A stretch of DNA of 64,000 bases from Paramoeba atlantica (lineage: Eukaryota; Protista; Discosea), in the NCBI GenBank assembly GCA_977017575.1, contig CDRNVI010000021.1, positions 310,001 to 374,000 of the forward strand. The letters run 5' to 3'. Below are positions 20,308 to 28,904 of this stretch, one piece after another (position 1 is the stretch's first letter; every line of letters begins with the position of its first letter). The notes under the pieces were generated by a model. The model was not told where the DNA came from. It saw only the letters and a program-made list of their open reading frames with translations, and did no database searches. The position numbers were made by a program, and so were the translations under genes.

Positions 20308-20586
20308 ATGGATAACATGGACTTATAGTATTTACAGAAGTTTTGCTTGTACATAAATGTATAAAAAGACTTGGAAACTAACAGGCATGAAAAGAAAATA
20401 TAAAAGAATTGACATTCAACTCAATCGACGGTCTTGCGGGACAACATACTCAGGCGCTGCTACAGGTAGAAGTATGCTACCATACAGCTCGATTCGGAGG
20501 AATCACTGTAGACTTTCAGTAAAACCATGTGCGACTCAGTTAAAAAGATTTATTATAAAATTTATTGCTGCATATCTTGATTGTAC

Positions 20587-20664
20587 GCAGCGATTTAACG
20601 GGTGGGATCGACGAGGGGCTTTATAGCCTCATCTCTACGTTCTCGAATCCACGCTGCTAGATTA
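20587..20664 (+). ncRNA. AGA-box single-hairpin H/ACA-like snoRNA, copy 4
   Basis: Same architecture; apical hairpin GAGGGGCT-TTAT-AGCCTC; AGA at 20659-61. Confidence 0.65.
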
Positions 20665-20819
20665 ATACCAAATACAGCAACGCATACTCGGTGAAAAAAG
20701 CGATGGTTATTACAAAATTGCGAGAAGAAGTCAAGGGCGCCGGGGAAGAAACTTTTCAAGCCCTATACGTCACCAAGAAATGGATGAGGCGTAGTATTTT
20801 ATGAGATCTGTATCGAATA

Positions 20820-21172
20820 CTACCCCCCCTTACTTAATAAGGCTCTGTTTTTAGGGCAAAAAGACCCATTAAAGGGGGATACATGGAATACATTGTACAC
20901 ACAACTAGATTGTACATTCGCGTCACATTTTTTTCATTATTCTCAAACAAGGCCCTGCTGCATTATGATGCACTTTGTGCTGCTCTGGTAGATTAAAACA
21001 AAATGCCGCTTCGTGGCGGATTCGACAATTAATTTGACTCCCAGAAAATTTTCTTTGGTCTTCTAGAAAAAATAATATCCTTAATATTCCTATTATTAAT
21101 AGGAATCCTTAATAATTAAGGGGAGTGGGCGCGTAGCCCTATTAAACATGGGGTATAGAGTCTATACCCCAT
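20820..21172. repeat. Degenerate MITE end plus three near-adjacent palindromes
   Basis: TA|CTACCCCCCCTTACTTAA shares CCCCCCTTACTTAA with the 23884 TIR. Palindromes at 21086-21106, 21107-21121 and 21148-21172. Confidence 0.55.
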
Positions 21173-21259
21173 AGTAGTATAACTCACCTCTCAAGCGTAC
21201 GTGATTGACTTGAAATTGGCTTGAAAAGCCTTTAGTATTGTCTTTTCGTTTTACTTCCA

Positions 21260-21661
21260 ATGCTATTACCTTCCTACCGGGCTTCCAGGTTGATAGATCC
21301 CTCAAGATTTCGACAACAGGTGTTGATTATGCGCGGGTTTCTAGACGCTGTAACAAATCGCAGTTGGAACGTTGGATGGGCGATGTTTCCTATGGATGTC
21401 CGCGTTATGATTAGCTTATGCTGTTGTATTCACTACATTTCTCGACACAATCGTTGGATGTGCGAGAGAGAGGATGTAGAACGTACAATGCTCCGCCGGT
21501 GGGGTGGCTCGGTAGAATCGGTCCGTAAAAGTTTGAGTAAGGAAGATCAAATCCGTGTTCGCACGTACGTTGATTTTGAAGACTATTGTGCGATGTTTAT
21601 TCCTAACTATTTGTTACACAAACCAGCGGGATTTCATGCTTTGGAGGGTGAAGAGGCATAA
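21260..21661 (+). CDS. Small hypothetical protein, mitochondrial-type presequence
   Basis: 133 aa starting MLLPSYRASRL, preceded by a pyrimidine tract. Confidence 0.6.
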   Translation: MLLPSYRASRLIDPSRFRQQVLIMRGFLDAVTNRSWNVGWAMFPMDVRVMISLCCCIHYISRHNRWMCEREDVERTMLRRWGGSVESVRKSLSKEDQIRVRTYVDFEDYCAMFIPNYLLHKPAGFHALEGEEA

Positions 21662-22031
21662 AACATGTTTTATTTGCAGCGAAGTACGAGATAAAAAATA
21701 GGGCAGAACCCTTCAAAAAGAATGCTTGACTCCCGAATAACTGTGGTACGAGTTTTTACTTAAAATGTTGTTTATGTCAATTGCATTAGCGCCATAAATT
21801 TGAGTGGCAAAACCATAATTTTTTAGCTAAATATCACTAAAGATATTCAGGAAATGTAGCTTAAAGATGCATTCATTTAATAAAAACAAAATTGACAAAG
21901 TCATACAGTAAGATGTTGGTTAATTTCTCTATGATTCAATTCTACTTGAGCGAATTCTTTCAATTGCTCTTGCACACGGCTTTACCTCCAAAACTTTCTG
22001 ACATATAGGTCTTGATGGCCGAAATATTTCG

Positions 22032-23765
22032 ATGACCGAGAGATTGGTGACAGAGACTTGCGATTCATTACTTCAGCTTTCGTTTTTTGGGTTTCCACGT
22101 TTGACCTTGGAATCCGTTCTTTTAAACTCTGTAGCTGCAGGAGCTTGTATTGTTGCCTGGCAAAAAGATGAGTATCTTTTAAGCTACACTCTTTGTTTTC
22201 TTATTGGGTACTCCATTTACCTGGAAAGAAATTGTTTTCTAGGTACAAAAGAAAGGCCGCCTGAGGCTGCAGTTATTGGATTGCCGGCATGTCTGCTTTC
22301 TGCCCCGATTCTTTTGACTACTTCCCATTTGTTTGCTGTTGCCTCAAAAGGGAACGGATTTGGGGACGAACCTCTAGTAGAGGTTAGTCATGCTTCTGTC
22401 GTAGTTTTTCTTGTGCTGTTCTACTTCGTGCTGTCCGTCCTATACGTTCTGAGAACAGAATGCCGAAGGATATTTGCATCTATTAGCTTGCTTGTCTCTA
22501 TAATAGGATGGATGTTCAACCACTCTACCCTTCAATTAACTAAATCATGGTGTGATCTAACGTTTTCAATTGGAGTTGCTTTGCTTGGTCATAGTATAAT
22601 GCTTCAAATATCATCATACGTTTACACATTTGCAGACGAATTCTGCGCGTACCGGATTAGCAGAGAAGTGGGGTTTCTATTTAATGTATTTGCGGTCTTG
22701 TACACAAATCACTTTCTATTAGACTCTTACGCTACAGAGATTCGTGATGAACATAAAATTTTGTTCGCAACGTATTGCATCGCCCTCTACGGTTTGAGTC
22801 CTACAAGCAAGAAGCGAACTCGAACCTTACGTCGCCACTATTTAGCTTTGGCAAGTGCTATTGCCTTTATTTATATGTTTTTTCTCGTAAAATTTGGGAA
22901 AAACTTATATAAAAATTGGATTTCTGCGGCATTTCTATTTCATTTCTTGGCAGGTTGTATCTTTCTAGCACTTGTTCTGTACGTTACGTACCCTGTGCAG
23001 GGGTTTTCTCTACATGCGAAACATCAACCGAAAAAGTCGAATGCGCAGTGCTTTCTACGTATAGGCTGTACTCAAAAAATTATAGCACGCAAGGTTTTTC
23101 ATTACTTTTTTGTTTTTCTCACTTTTTGGGCTTTCTATTTCGAGTACAGCACTCAAATTTGCTTATACATACTTGAACTGATTACTATAGCGGCATTCTT
23201 TGTAGAACTGCTGCGTTCAAAACTATCCATAAAGTGGAAACTACGTCAACTTATTGATCGCTACTATCACGCGTACGCCGACGAACGCGATCGCGGTATA
23301 ATACGTAGTCATATCTACCTTTTGCTCGGTGTTACATTACCATTTCTCTCCTCCACTTACCCAGTGATTCAAAGCAAAGCTGACACAATAAAAGATTCGA
23401 GGTGCCTCCTAGCTCCTCCGTATATAGGAATTTTGGCCTTAGGAGTCGTGGATAGCACTGCGGCAGTGGCAGGAAGTATTTGGGGTACTCACAAATGGAA
23501 TGACTTATTCGGACTGCGTCATACACAACATACATATTTGTCTGCCAAAACTATTGAAGGTAGCATTGCGGCGCTTGTGATATCCACCTTAGTAGAAGTG
23601 TTTTTCAGATCAGGGCTAGGATATCCGACGTCTCTTTCTGATACTTTACACATCGCATTCAACATATCGCCCTTGTGCGTGGCGGAAGCAATGATAGACT
23701 CTTCCGATAATTTGCTTCTCCCTTTCTTCGCAATGATTTTGGAACAACTTAAAAGTACGTGTTGA
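22032..23765 (+). CDS. DOLK: Dolichol kinase (SEC59/DOLK)
   Basis: Polytopic; RKVFH, DERDRGIIRSHIYLLLG, LGVVDSTAAVAG...KW, KTIEGS. Confidence 0.9.
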   Translation: MTERLVTETCDSLLQLSFFGFPRLTLESVLLNSVAAGACIVAWQKDEYLLSYTLCFLIGYSIYLERNCFLGTKERPPEAAVIGLPACLLSAPILLTTSHLFAVASKGNGFGDEPLVEVSHASVVVFLVLFYFVLSVLYVLRTECRRIFASISLLVSIIGWMFNHSTLQLTKSWCDLTFSIGVALLGHSIMLQISSYVYTFADEFCAYRISREVGFLFNVFAVLYTNHFLLDSYATEIRDEHKILFATYCIALYGLSPTSKKRTRTLRRHYLALASAIAFIYMFFLVKFGKNLYKNWISAAFLFHFLAGCIFLALVLYVTYPVQGFSLHAKHQPKKSNAQCFLRIGCTQKIIARKVFHYFFVFLTFWAFYFEYSTQICLYILELITIAAFFVELLRSKLSIKWKLRQLIDRYYHAYADERDRGIIRSHIYLLLGVTLPFLSSTYPVIQSKADTIKDSRCLLAPPYIGILALGVVDSTAAVAGSIWGTHKWNDLFGLRHTQHTYLSAKTIEGSIAALVISTLVEVFFRSGLGYPTSLSDTLHIAFNISPLCVAEAMIDSSDNLLLPFFAMILEQLKSTC

Positions 23766-23883
23766 ACTATTTTAGAATAAGTTAGTCAAAGTTAGTCAAA
23801 ATCTTAGTATCAGGGATACGCTGGGAAAATACATGAATTAAAGTGTTGAATTTTTTTTAGCGTGAATTTTATGCAAGATGTTA

Positions 23884-24219
23884 CTTTGCCCCCCTTACTT
23901 AAGAGTCCTTAACTACTTAAGAGTTCTTGAGGCTTCGACGAAGCCTCGGGCTGCCTGCGGCACGAAGCGCCGCCAGATTACTTTTTTTAAATTTACCACT
24001 CCTGATGTGCGTGCGTAATGGGGAAGTATGTTTGGGGCCTCCTCGTGGTCTTCACTGGCACTTCTATCTTATCGATAATACAGACGCCGACCTTCATCAG
24101 AGAAAAAAACATAAGCAAGAAAAGTAACCGGCCATATTGAAATTTTGTGAAAAATACTGACCCCCCACTTAAGAGTCCAAATGCCCAAAATCGGCGGACT
24201 CTTAAGTAGGGGGGTGCAG
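23884..24219. mobile_element. 336-bp TA-flanked MITE carrying a coding-like fragment
   Basis: TIRs CTTTGCCCCCCTTACTTAAGAGTCC and GGACTCTTAAGTAGGGGGGTGCAG. TA at 23882-83 and 24220-21. Extra ACTTAAGAGT copies inside both ends. Confidence 0.75.
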
Positions 24220-24611
24220 TACCAAAATCGAACAAACACATAGACTACTCCTCTTCTCAGTAATTTCTATAAATGTCACTCCTAATTTTTCAGAAAAAAA
24301 TTATCGATTTTCAAAATATTATGTTTTTGAAGAAAAGAACAGGAAAAGCTAGGATAGAAGGGAGAACACCGCAGAAAAATTTGACCCTCACTTCCGACAA
24401 GGTCCTTGGATCACGTTCCGCGATAGCTTATCGAAGAAAAATAGCGTTTTTCCATCAGGCAGAATCATTTAATCAGGACTTTTTGCCTAACGATTCTCAT
24501 TAATTTCTATAAATATACAGTGTAACTATAAATTTTCTTTTTTCTTATAATTTACATTTATGGAAATTAATGAGAGGAGGAGTAATAGTAAGTGTAGTAG
24601 TAGTAGTAATA

Positions 24612-24684
24612 CCGTATACCCCCCCAGTAAGAGAGATTCGGCCATTTCGACCCAAAACCAATTCTTTTACTGGGGGGTATACGG
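24612..24684. mobile_element. 73-bp mini-MITE with CCGTA-type TIR inside a (TAG)n tract
   Basis: TA|CCGTATACCCCCCCAGTAA ... TTACTGGGGGGTATACGG|TA. Confidence 0.75.
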
Positions 24685-24710
24685 TAGTAGTAGTAGTAGT
24701 AGTAGTAGTA

Positions 24711-24987
24711 CCGTAGACCCCCCCAGTAATAGAATCGATTTTGGGTCAAAATGGCCAAATCCTTGTTACTGGGGGGGGTATGCTTTTTGGGTGAGAAAGG
24801 ACCTGTTTTGTTCATGAGTGCGTTGATTTTCAGCCTATCCAACCCCGCAACCACGCCATTCGCTCCCTCGCAACGCCCTCACCCGCCCAAACACGCCCAC
24901 CCGCCCAAATACCCCCCCCCCCTCCAACGACCCTCCCGATCCAAATCCTTGTTACTGGGGGGGTCTATTACTGGGGGGGGTCTACGG
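24711..24987. mobile_element. 277-bp MITE of the same CCGTA family
   Basis: TA|CCGTAGACCCCCCCAGTAATAGA ... TCTATTACTGGGGGGGGTCTACGG|TA. Internal duplicated CCAAATCCTTGTTACTGGGGG. Confidence 0.8.
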
Positions 24988-25106
24988 TAGTAGTAGTAGT
25001 AGTAGTAAGTGTAGTAGTAGTAAGTGTAGTAGTAGTAAATGTAGTAGTTCACTTACTAATAGTAATACTATTTCTTTTTTAATCGTAGCACTATTTTTTA
25101 TCAGAT

Positions 25107-25943
25107 ATGAGTTCTATGGATTCTCAGGAGCAGAAAATATTTCCTGCAAAAATTCGTGGTGCAAAATTTCCACAGGAAATTGAGCTTGCACGCTTCATTG
25201 GCAATGTTACGCACGATGAACCGTCGTTTGCACCTGATACACCAGCATGCAACTGGCGCTGCACTAAATGTGACTCTTCAGGTCGTATAAGCTTGATAGG
25301 CTTGGAGGGTCCCAATTATGGTTCCCTAAAAGGGTCACTGGCATGGTCTTGGCTCCCGCTAAGCATTAAAAAAGTAAGAATTATACTCACTTCACTTTCA
25401 GGATTCATACTCACGGACATTCTTCCTAACGGTATGAATGAGCTGCATCTAGAAGCAAACTTTTTTGGGGGAGACTTCGACGCTACTTCACTTCCACTTG
25501 ATCTTACTACCCTCTCAATTCGCAATAATCGTTTTAGTGGCGCTCTTGAGTTGATAAAGCTGCCTGATAAATTGCGCATTGCCAATTTTTCGGTTAACAA
25601 GTTTTTGGGGCATATTGATCTTAGCAACTTGCCTCCGGCGTTGGACAAGCTCTACTTGAATCAAAATAGATTTTCAGGGCAGCTTGATTTGTCACGACTT
25701 CCAATTCCACTTACGGAGCTCTTTGTATATCGCAATATGTTTGAAGGCGAGCTGGGACTGGGCTCCTTACCCCCCAATTTGAAATATATTGCTGCATGGG
25801 ACAATAACTTTAGTGGAGTCCGTGATTACAGCAACCTACCGGATCTCGTGGAAGAGATTAATCTTTCAATGAACCATATTCGACTTGCGCGGGATTCACC
25901 CGTGCCTCACACGGTGAAAATCGGTAAACAACGGCGGAATTAA
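25107..25943 (+). CDS. Leucine-rich repeat protein with Cys cap (paralogue of 11347..12135)
   Basis: TPACNWRCTKC cap; LxxLxLxxNxFSGxLDLxxLP repeats. Confidence 0.85.
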   Translation: MSSMDSQEQKIFPAKIRGAKFPQEIELARFIGNVTHDEPSFAPDTPACNWRCTKCDSSGRISLIGLEGPNYGSLKGSLAWSWLPLSIKKVRIILTSLSGFILTDILPNGMNELHLEANFFGGDFDATSLPLDLTTLSIRNNRFSGALELIKLPDKLRIANFSVNKFLGHIDLSNLPPALDKLYLNQNRFSGQLDLSRLPIPLTELFVYRNMFEGELGLGSLPPNLKYIAAWDNNFSGVRDYSNLPDLVEEINLSMNHIRLARDSPVPHTVKIGKQRRN

Positions 25944-26245
25944 CCCATCATTACACAAAAAAACATTTCATTTCCTCCATTTTTTTAATTCTCCAGGCAT
26001 CTGCATTGTCAGCATACCCTCCAATATCTTAGACGGTGTTACAGGATAACATAACCCCGTTATCGTGTTACAGGTATGTTATTTCCGGTCCCAGTTTATA
26101 ACTTTTCAGCTTCCACGATAATTAGTTTTAGTTAGTTTTAAGTGCTTTAACTATGATTAAATGCAGTTTCATACATTTAATTTACTAAGGTCGTTTTTTG
26201 GTATTGTGGTAGCACTCTTCGTAATTCGTTGCCATTACCTTACAA

Positions 26246-27526
26246 ATGTCCGATCGCAGTGCTTTGCAATCACTGTGTGAAAATTTATCTAACATAGAAC
26301 TCTCAAGAGACGAGGGCATCAACTTTTTTCAGAGTACTGATAATGTGGGTTCCTTGCAAAATAGTGCGAAAAGGGAAAATCAACCCGACAAAGATACGCC
26401 AAAAACGGAAGCTACTTTTTCAGAGTGCTTTGATTTACTTGAGTGCATCTTTGACAGAAATCTACACAGCGAGCGTGACAGCGAATCTGAAATCACTACT
26501 GAATCAGACGTCTCGAACACTGAACAAGAATACCACATGGATTTACCTACAGAGCTACTTCCATTGGATGTGGAAAAACCGAACCGCTCTTGTCCCATTC
26601 CTTCGCCGCACACTGTATGGAAAGCCCGCCACAAACAGACGTCAAGGCTATACGCTGTGAAATTTTTATCATCGCGAAACAGTAATCACGTTTCTGCAGA
26701 ACGTGCCATACATACGGAGGTTAAGACACATCGCGTGTTGTCACATCCGTATATCATTCGACTATGTGGTTACTATGCAAACGTACGCTCCGAAGTCCAC
26801 GTTACAAAAAGACCACATAAAGGACTACCTGCCCTCGTACTGGAGTACATCGAGAGTGGAAGTTTGGATCGACAAATTAAAAACCGCCGGACCCAGAAGA
26901 ATTTTCCAGTGTTCGAGGAATGGGAGGCCTCTCACATCATCTCCCAGTTGTGTAGTGCTGTGAGATACCTTCATGAGGTGCATAAAATAGCTCACTGTGA
27001 CATAAAACCTGGGAATGTTCTGTACGACCGCCAGCGTAGAAGAGTAAAACTGGCTGATTTTGGACTCGCCTGGGGACCCAGACAATTTGAAAGCGTAGCA
27101 AAAGAATCTTCTGCTCAAAGCGCGGAGCTCATTCTAAGTAGCAACGCGTGCAAAGGAACACTGGACTATATGGCCCCAGAACAGGTATCTGGCGAGATAA
27201 ACAAGGAGAGCCTGCGAAAAGTTGATGTGTGGAGCATTGGCGTGTGCGCCTATGAACTTCTTTTCGGCAAGCCACCGTTTCACCGTGACTCCATATCATC
27301 TACGTTGCACGCGATAGTACATGACAGCGTAGATTTCGAACATGCCCTCAGAAATAATACCACCGAAAACAACAAAAAGATAGAAACGTCTATCTCTGCT
27401 CAAGCCCGAAGCTTTATTGAAAATTGCTTATCTATCGACCTTAAATCTCGACCGAACATTGATAGCATAATCAAACATGAGTGGCTGAATTTGGTTCAAC
27501 AGTACGAAAGACAACCAAACCCGTGA
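26246..27526 (+). CDS. Ser/Thr protein kinase, Aurora-like
   Basis: YAVK, HPYIIRL.GY, HCDIKPGN, DFG, GTLDYMAPE, DVWSIGV..YELLFGKPPF. Confidence 0.85.
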   Translation: MSDRSALQSLCENLSNIELSRDEGINFFQSTDNVGSLQNSAKRENQPDKDTPKTEATFSECFDLLECIFDRNLHSERDSESEITTESDVSNTEQEYHMDLPTELLPLDVEKPNRSCPIPSPHTVWKARHKQTSRLYAVKFLSSRNSNHVSAERAIHTEVKTHRVLSHPYIIRLCGYYANVRSEVHVTKRPHKGLPALVLEYIESGSLDRQIKNRRTQKNFPVFEEWEASHIISQLCSAVRYLHEVHKIAHCDIKPGNVLYDRQRRRVKLADFGLAWGPRQFESVAKESSAQSAELILSSNACKGTLDYMAPEQVSGEINKESLRKVDVWSIGVCAYELLFGKPPFHRDSISSTLHAIVHDSVDFEHALRNNTTENNKKIETSISAQARSFIENCLSIDLKSRPNIDSIIKHEWLNLVQQYERQPNP

Positions 27527-27734
27527 TTAGAATAGATTCTATTCTTTTTCCAAACATCCTAGAGTTCAATATGTATTGTTAGAAAAAACAATCGTAACCC
27601 TACGAACACTCCCATTACCCTACTGAGCTCTGTTCCTTTTTTCCTCTCCTCCACATCTCTCAACACCTCAAAAATAATAATACACTAGCGACCTTTCTAT
27701 TTCCTTCCCTTCCCCTCCCCCTTCCCCCCCTCCC

Positions 27735-28739
27735 ATGGACGTCAAAATCCTCGCCTCGCGGCCGGACTACCTCGAGTTCGCGCTCCACCACGTCGACAAC
27801 TCCCTGGCCAACGCGCTGCGCCGGGTCATGATCTCCGAGGTCCCGATGCTCGCGATCGATGAGGTCACGATCCGGTCCAACACCAGCGTGATCCACGACG
27901 AGATGCTGGCCCACCGGCTCGGGATGGTCCCGATCTGGTCCGCGGCCGCCCCCCAGATGAACCTCGCGTGGGGGTGCCCCTGTGAGGGGGGCGTCGGGTG
28001 TACCCGGTGCACCGTGGAGATGGAGCTCGCGGTACGGTGCCGTGTCGGGGAGCTCTCCCGCGCGGTGACGGCCTCGGATCTCCGCGTGACCCCGGGGCCG
28101 CTGGCGGAGCAAGTTTACCCGGTGAAAGGGACCCATAACGAGGGGAAAGGGGTGTGGTTGTGTACCCTGGGTCCGGGACAGGAGGTTAACCTGCGGTGTG
28201 TGGTGCGTAAAGGGATTGCAAAGGAACATGCGAAGTGGATGCCGGTGGCGACGGTGGGGATGCAGTATGAGTCGGAGATTACGTTGCATGAGGAGGCGCT
28301 GGGGAGGCTCTCGCTGGCGGAGAGGAAGGCGTTTCCAAAGGTGTGCCCTGTGGGGGTGTTTGCGTATGATGAATTTCATGATGAGATTGTGGTAGAAAAC
28401 GCGGACAAGTGTATCTTTTGTCAGGATTGCGTCCAGCCGGAGGGATCAAAGGAGGAACTGGTGACGGTTCGGTACAAATCCCCGTCGTTGAACAAATACA
28501 ATTACGTTTTCCGTGTGGAGGGTATAGGTGTGTTGCCCATGGAATATATCTTGCGGACCGCAGTGGAAGTGCTAGTCAATAAACTTACTACTTTTAAAGA
28601 TTCATTATCTGGAGAAAAGGAAGCGAAAAAGGTGAGCAAAGGTGAGGATATTCAAAATGCACCAGAAAAGAATGATGGGGGGCCCTTTGCAAGTGAGACG
28701 CCACCAGATACAGGTTTGATGAGCGTAGCCTGGGTATAA
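27735..28739 (+). CDS. RPB3: RNA polymerase II subunit RPB3
   Basis: ANALRRVMISEVP, NTSVIHDEMLAHRLGMVP, and RKGIAKEHAKW (RPB3-type rather than the RPAC40 GKDHAKF). Confidence 0.9.
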   Translation: MDVKILASRPDYLEFALHHVDNSLANALRRVMISEVPMLAIDEVTIRSNTSVIHDEMLAHRLGMVPIWSAAAPQMNLAWGCPCEGGVGCTRCTVEMELAVRCRVGELSRAVTASDLRVTPGPLAEQVYPVKGTHNEGKGVWLCTLGPGQEVNLRCVVRKGIAKEHAKWMPVATVGMQYESEITLHEEALGRLSLAERKAFPKVCPVGVFAYDEFHDEIVVENADKCIFCQDCVQPEGSKEELVTVRYKSPSLNKYNYVFRVEGIGVLPMEYILRTAVEVLVNKLTTFKDSLSGEKEAKKVSKGEDIQNAPEKNDGGPFASETPPDTGLMSVAWV

Positions 28740-28904
28740 TTTCCCTGTTCTATTGTGTTGCCCACCTTTCTGAGGGTTGTAATTCATAAAACACAAGAAA
28801 CGAAGAATATTTTTTTGCTTAAGAATCTATTTTATAGAGGATACTGTTTACACAAGCCCTTGTGCCTGCTTTGATTTCAATTCATATTTCTTAGTTAAAC
28901 CGAT

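Larger units (their letters stand above)
24581..25048. repeat. (TAG)n/(TAGTAAGTG) microsatellite interrupted by MITEs
   Basis: Runs at about 24581-24609, 24685-24710 and 24988-25048. Confidence 0.85.

Noticed and set aside
20033-20586. C/D-box or further AGA-box snoRNAs in the spacers between the repeats
   Set aside because: A hairpin (GATAGCAC/GTGCTATC), a CTGA and a CTGT-AGA exist, but there is no convincing C box or pocket geometry.
19825-20664. CRISPR array interpretation of the four-copy repeat
   Set aside because: Eukaryotic context, no cas genes, ~75-nt units that vary internally, and very unequal spacers. The snoRNA geometry explains the conservation pattern better.
24560-24990. Short ORFs with poly-Tyr or poly-Ser
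   Set aside because: Translations of the (TAG)n microsatellite and MITEs.
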